From an uncultured Phycisphaerales bacterium (GTDB lineage Bacteria > Planctomycetota > Phycisphaerae > Tepidisphaerales > Tepidisphaeraceae), in the NCBI GenBank assembly GCA_963755915.1, contig CAVWLP010000002.1:416001-480000 (forward strand): 64,000 nt of DNA, in the 5' to 3' direction. Positions 61,820 to 64,000 of this stretch are shown one piece after another; positions within the stretch are counted from its first letter, which is position 1; each line of letters opens with the position of its first letter. A model generated the notes under the pieces. That model made no database searches. It was not told the origin of the DNA and was given only the letters and a program-made list of their open reading frames with translations. The translations under genes and the position numbers were made by a program.

Positions 61820-62962
61820 ATGTCCTCAATTCCTCTCTCGCAGCCGGACATCACGGCGGCGGAAATTGAAGCTGTTGTCGAGGTGTTGCAGACGCCTACG
61901 CTTTCGATCGGGCCGAAGATCGAGGAGTTTGAGAGATCGTGCGCAAAGATCGCGGGGAGGCGGCATGGGATTGGGGTCTCTTCCGGCACCGCGGGGCTGC
62001 ACGTGATGATGATCGCCGGGGGGGTCGGGCCGGGGGATGAGGTGATCACCACGCCCTTCTCGTTTGTGGCGTCGGCGAATTGCATTCTGTACGTGGGGGC
62101 CAGGCCGGTGTTCGCGGACATCGACCCGCAAACGCTAAACATGGATCCGGACAAGGCGGCGGCGGCGATCACGCCGAAAACCAAGGCGATCGTGGCGGTG
62201 GAGGCGTTTGGGAATCCGCGGGGGATGATCGAGCTGGAGCAGGTGGCGCAGAAAAATGAGCTGATCCTCATCGAAGACGCCTGCGAGGGTTTTGGCGGGC
62301 AGTTTGCCAGCCGCCGGATCGGATCCTTCGGGCGGGCGGCGGTGTTTGGGTTTTATCCGAATAAGCAGATCACCACCGGGGAAGGGGGAATGGTGGTGAC
62401 GGATGACGATAATTTCGCGGCGATGTGCCAGTCGCTGCGGAACCAGGGGCGCGAGGGAATGAACTGGCTGGCGCATGCGCGGCTGGGATACAATTATCGA
62501 CTCAGCGAAATCAACGCGGCGCTGGGGCTCGCGCAGATTTCGCGGCTGGAGGAGATCCTGGAAAATCGCCGGCGGGTGGCGCATCGCTATATGAACCGGC
62601 TGATGACGAACCGGTATCTGATCCTGCCGACCCTGCACGACGACACGCACATGAGCTGGTTTGTGTTCGTGGTGAGGTTGAGCGATCTTTTTGAGCCGGG
62701 GGATCGGGATCAGGTGATTCGCGATCTGCGCGCGGAGGGAGTCGGGTGCAGCAATTATTTTCCGCCGATCCATTTGCAGCCGTATATGCAGCAACTGCTG
62801 GGGATGAAGGAGGGGGATATGCCGTTCTGCGAGTATGTGGCGGCGCGCACGCTGGCGCTGCCGTTTTTCTCGCAGATGACGGAGCGGCAGGTGGACCGGG
62901 TTTGCGATGTGCTGGAGGAGACATTGGACAAGACGTTGACGGCGAGGAAGGGGAGGTTTTGA
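61820..62962 (+). CDS. DegT/DnrJ/EryC1/StrS family aminotransferase
   Basis: VSSGTAGLH, FSFVASAN, IEDACE, FYPNKQITTGEGG, GYNYRLSE. Confidence 0.93.
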   Translation: MSSIPLSQPDITAAEIEAVVEVLQTPTLSIGPKIEEFERSCAKIAGRRHGIGVSSGTAGLHVMMIAGGVGPGDEVITTPFSFVASANCILYVGARPVFADIDPQTLNMDPDKAAAAITPKTKAIVAVEAFGNPRGMIELEQVAQKNELILIEDACEGFGGQFASRRIGSFGRAAVFGFYPNKQITTGEGGMVVTDDDNFAAMCQSLRNQGREGMNWLAHARLGYNYRLSEINAALGLAQISRLEEILENRRRVAHRYMNRLMTNRYLILPTLHDDTHMSWFVFVVRLSDLFEPGDRDQVIRDLRAEGVGCSNYFPPIHLQPYMQQLLGMKEGDMPFCEYVAARTLALPFFSQMTERQVDRVCDVLEETLDKTLTARKGRF

Positions 62963-62966
62963 GGGG

Positions 62967-63040
62967 AATGCCGATTGCCGATTGCCAAATGCCGAATTGA
63001 AATGCGTGTGAAAGTGCGAAGGTGTGAAAGTGAGAAGGTG
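62967..63040. repeat. (GATTGCC)-type heptamer run followed by (GTGNGAAR)x4 octamer run
   Basis: aatgccgattgccgattgccaaatgccgaattg; gtgtgaaa-gtgcgaag-gtgtgaaa-gtgagaag. Confidence 0.75.
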
Positions 63041-63045
63041 CTGAA

Positions 63046-63366
63046 TCAGAAAAATTCCGCGCCGCACTCGTAGGCGCCGTTGCCGGTGGGGCTGGGGCGG
63101 CAGGTGGCGATGCGGATTCGGGCGGAGGCGCGGAGGCCGCCGGCGTCGAGGACCATCCAGTGGACGGCCTCGGGGTCGAGCGATTCGTCCGAGCTGAAAC
63201 CCATGCCGTGCAAAGAGAGGTCGTTGACGACGACGTGGTGGTTGGAGCCGCGGGTGCCGGCCTCCGGGGAGAGCCAGGCGTTGGCGACGAAGGATTGCCG
63301 TTTGCTGCGGCGGCGGTCGGGGGCTACGGGGGGCTGCTCGAGGACCGCGGTCTGGGAAGAGTCCAT
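63046..63366 (-). CDS. PilZ domain protein
   Basis: DRRRSKR (RxxxR), DLSLHG (DxSxxG), C-terminal GAEF. Confidence 0.8.
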   Translation of the reverse strand: MDSSQTAVLEQPPVAPDRRRSKRQSFVANAWLSPEAGTRGSNHHVVVNDLSLHGMGFSSDESLDPEAVHWMVLDAGGLRASARIRIATCRPSPTGNGAYECGAEFF

Positions 63367-63451
63367 ATCTGGAGTTGTCGACTAAGTCGCGCTCCGACTT
63401 TGGCGGGGTGAGTTTGCGGTTTATACTAGTTGGTTGATGTAAATTGATGTC

Positions 63452-63493
63452 GGCCCTCACCCCTGCCCTCTCCCTGAGTACAGGGAGAGGGGG
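63452..63493. repeat. REP-like hairpin, copy B
   Basis: ggccctcacccctg-ccctctccctg-agta-cagggagaggg. Confidence 0.85.
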
Positions 63494-63517
63494 TTAAGAG
63501 TTTTATCGGAGCTAATT

Positions 63518-64000
63518 GTGGCGCGAATATGCAAATCGCATCGGGTTCTGGTCGGGCTGGAAGTTCACGTGCAGCTTTGCACGGCTTCGAAGATGTTTAC
63601 CGGGGCGGCCAATGGTTTTGGGGGGGAGCCCAATACGCAGGTGGATGAGCAGGTGCTGGGGTTGCCGGGCGTTTTGCCGGTGATGAACAAGCGGGCGGTG
63701 GAGTATGCAATCAAGGCCGGGCTGGCGCTGGGGTGCAGGATCGCCAAGCATACGAAGTGGGACCGGAAGAGTTATTACTATCCGGATTTGCCGAAGAATT
63801 ATCAGATCAGCCAGTACGATCTGCCGCTCTGTTACGAGGGGGAATTTGAGCTGGTTCGCAAGGATGGGTCATCGGTGAAGATCCGGATTCGGCGGGCGCA
63901 TCTTGAGGAGGATGCGGGGAAATTGCTGCACGAAGCGCCGGGGGGATATGCGATCGATTTCAGCATCGTCGATCTGAATCGCGCGGGGACGCCGCTGCTG
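63518..64000 (+). CDS. gatB: Asp/Glu-tRNA amidotransferase subunit B (3'-truncated by window edge)
   Basis: VLVGLEVHVQL..SKMF..PNT..LGLPGVLPVMN, WDRKSYYYPDLPKNYQISQY, HLEEDAGK, DLNRAGTPL. Confidence 0.95.
   Translation, partial: MARICKSHRVLVGLEVHVQLCTASKMFTGAANGFGGEPNTQVDEQVLGLPGVLPVMNKRAVEYAIKAGLALGCRIAKHTKWDRKSYYYPDLPKNYQISQYDLPLCYEGEFELVRKDGSSVKIRIRRAHLEEDAGKLLHEAPGGYAIDFSIVDLNRAGTPLL

Overview
GC-rich bacterial chromosomal window. It is most consistent with Planctomycetota, class Phycisphaerae (inference from an LE-x-R-x-LL-type secreted protein, a PEP-CTERM protein, DUF4190/DUF1559-like and GYF_2-TM2 proteins, and a short UvrC). It holds about 55 CDS. Housekeeping genes: pstSCA, panE, cobA-hemD, tatC, sucAB, hisA, uvrC, an aspC-like aminotransferase and gatB. 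Accessory modules: a cell-surface glycan block (two paralogous secreted beta-helix proteins, FkbM methyltransferase, MBOAT + SGNH, two GT-C glycosyltransferases, GH2), an XRE-cupin/APC permease/tandem MOSC operon with a visible operator, an ASCH + atypical GATase pair, and a methyltransferase/FAD-oxidoreductase/type III PKS cluster. Many genes, including core ones, carry single-base frameshifts, which most likely reflect uncorrected long-read errors. Intergenic DNA is rich in REP-like hairpins, 7-8-mer tandem repeats and inverted-repeat elements. I saw no rRNA, tRNA, CRISPR array, transposase or integrase. All family calls are by motif recognition, with no database search.
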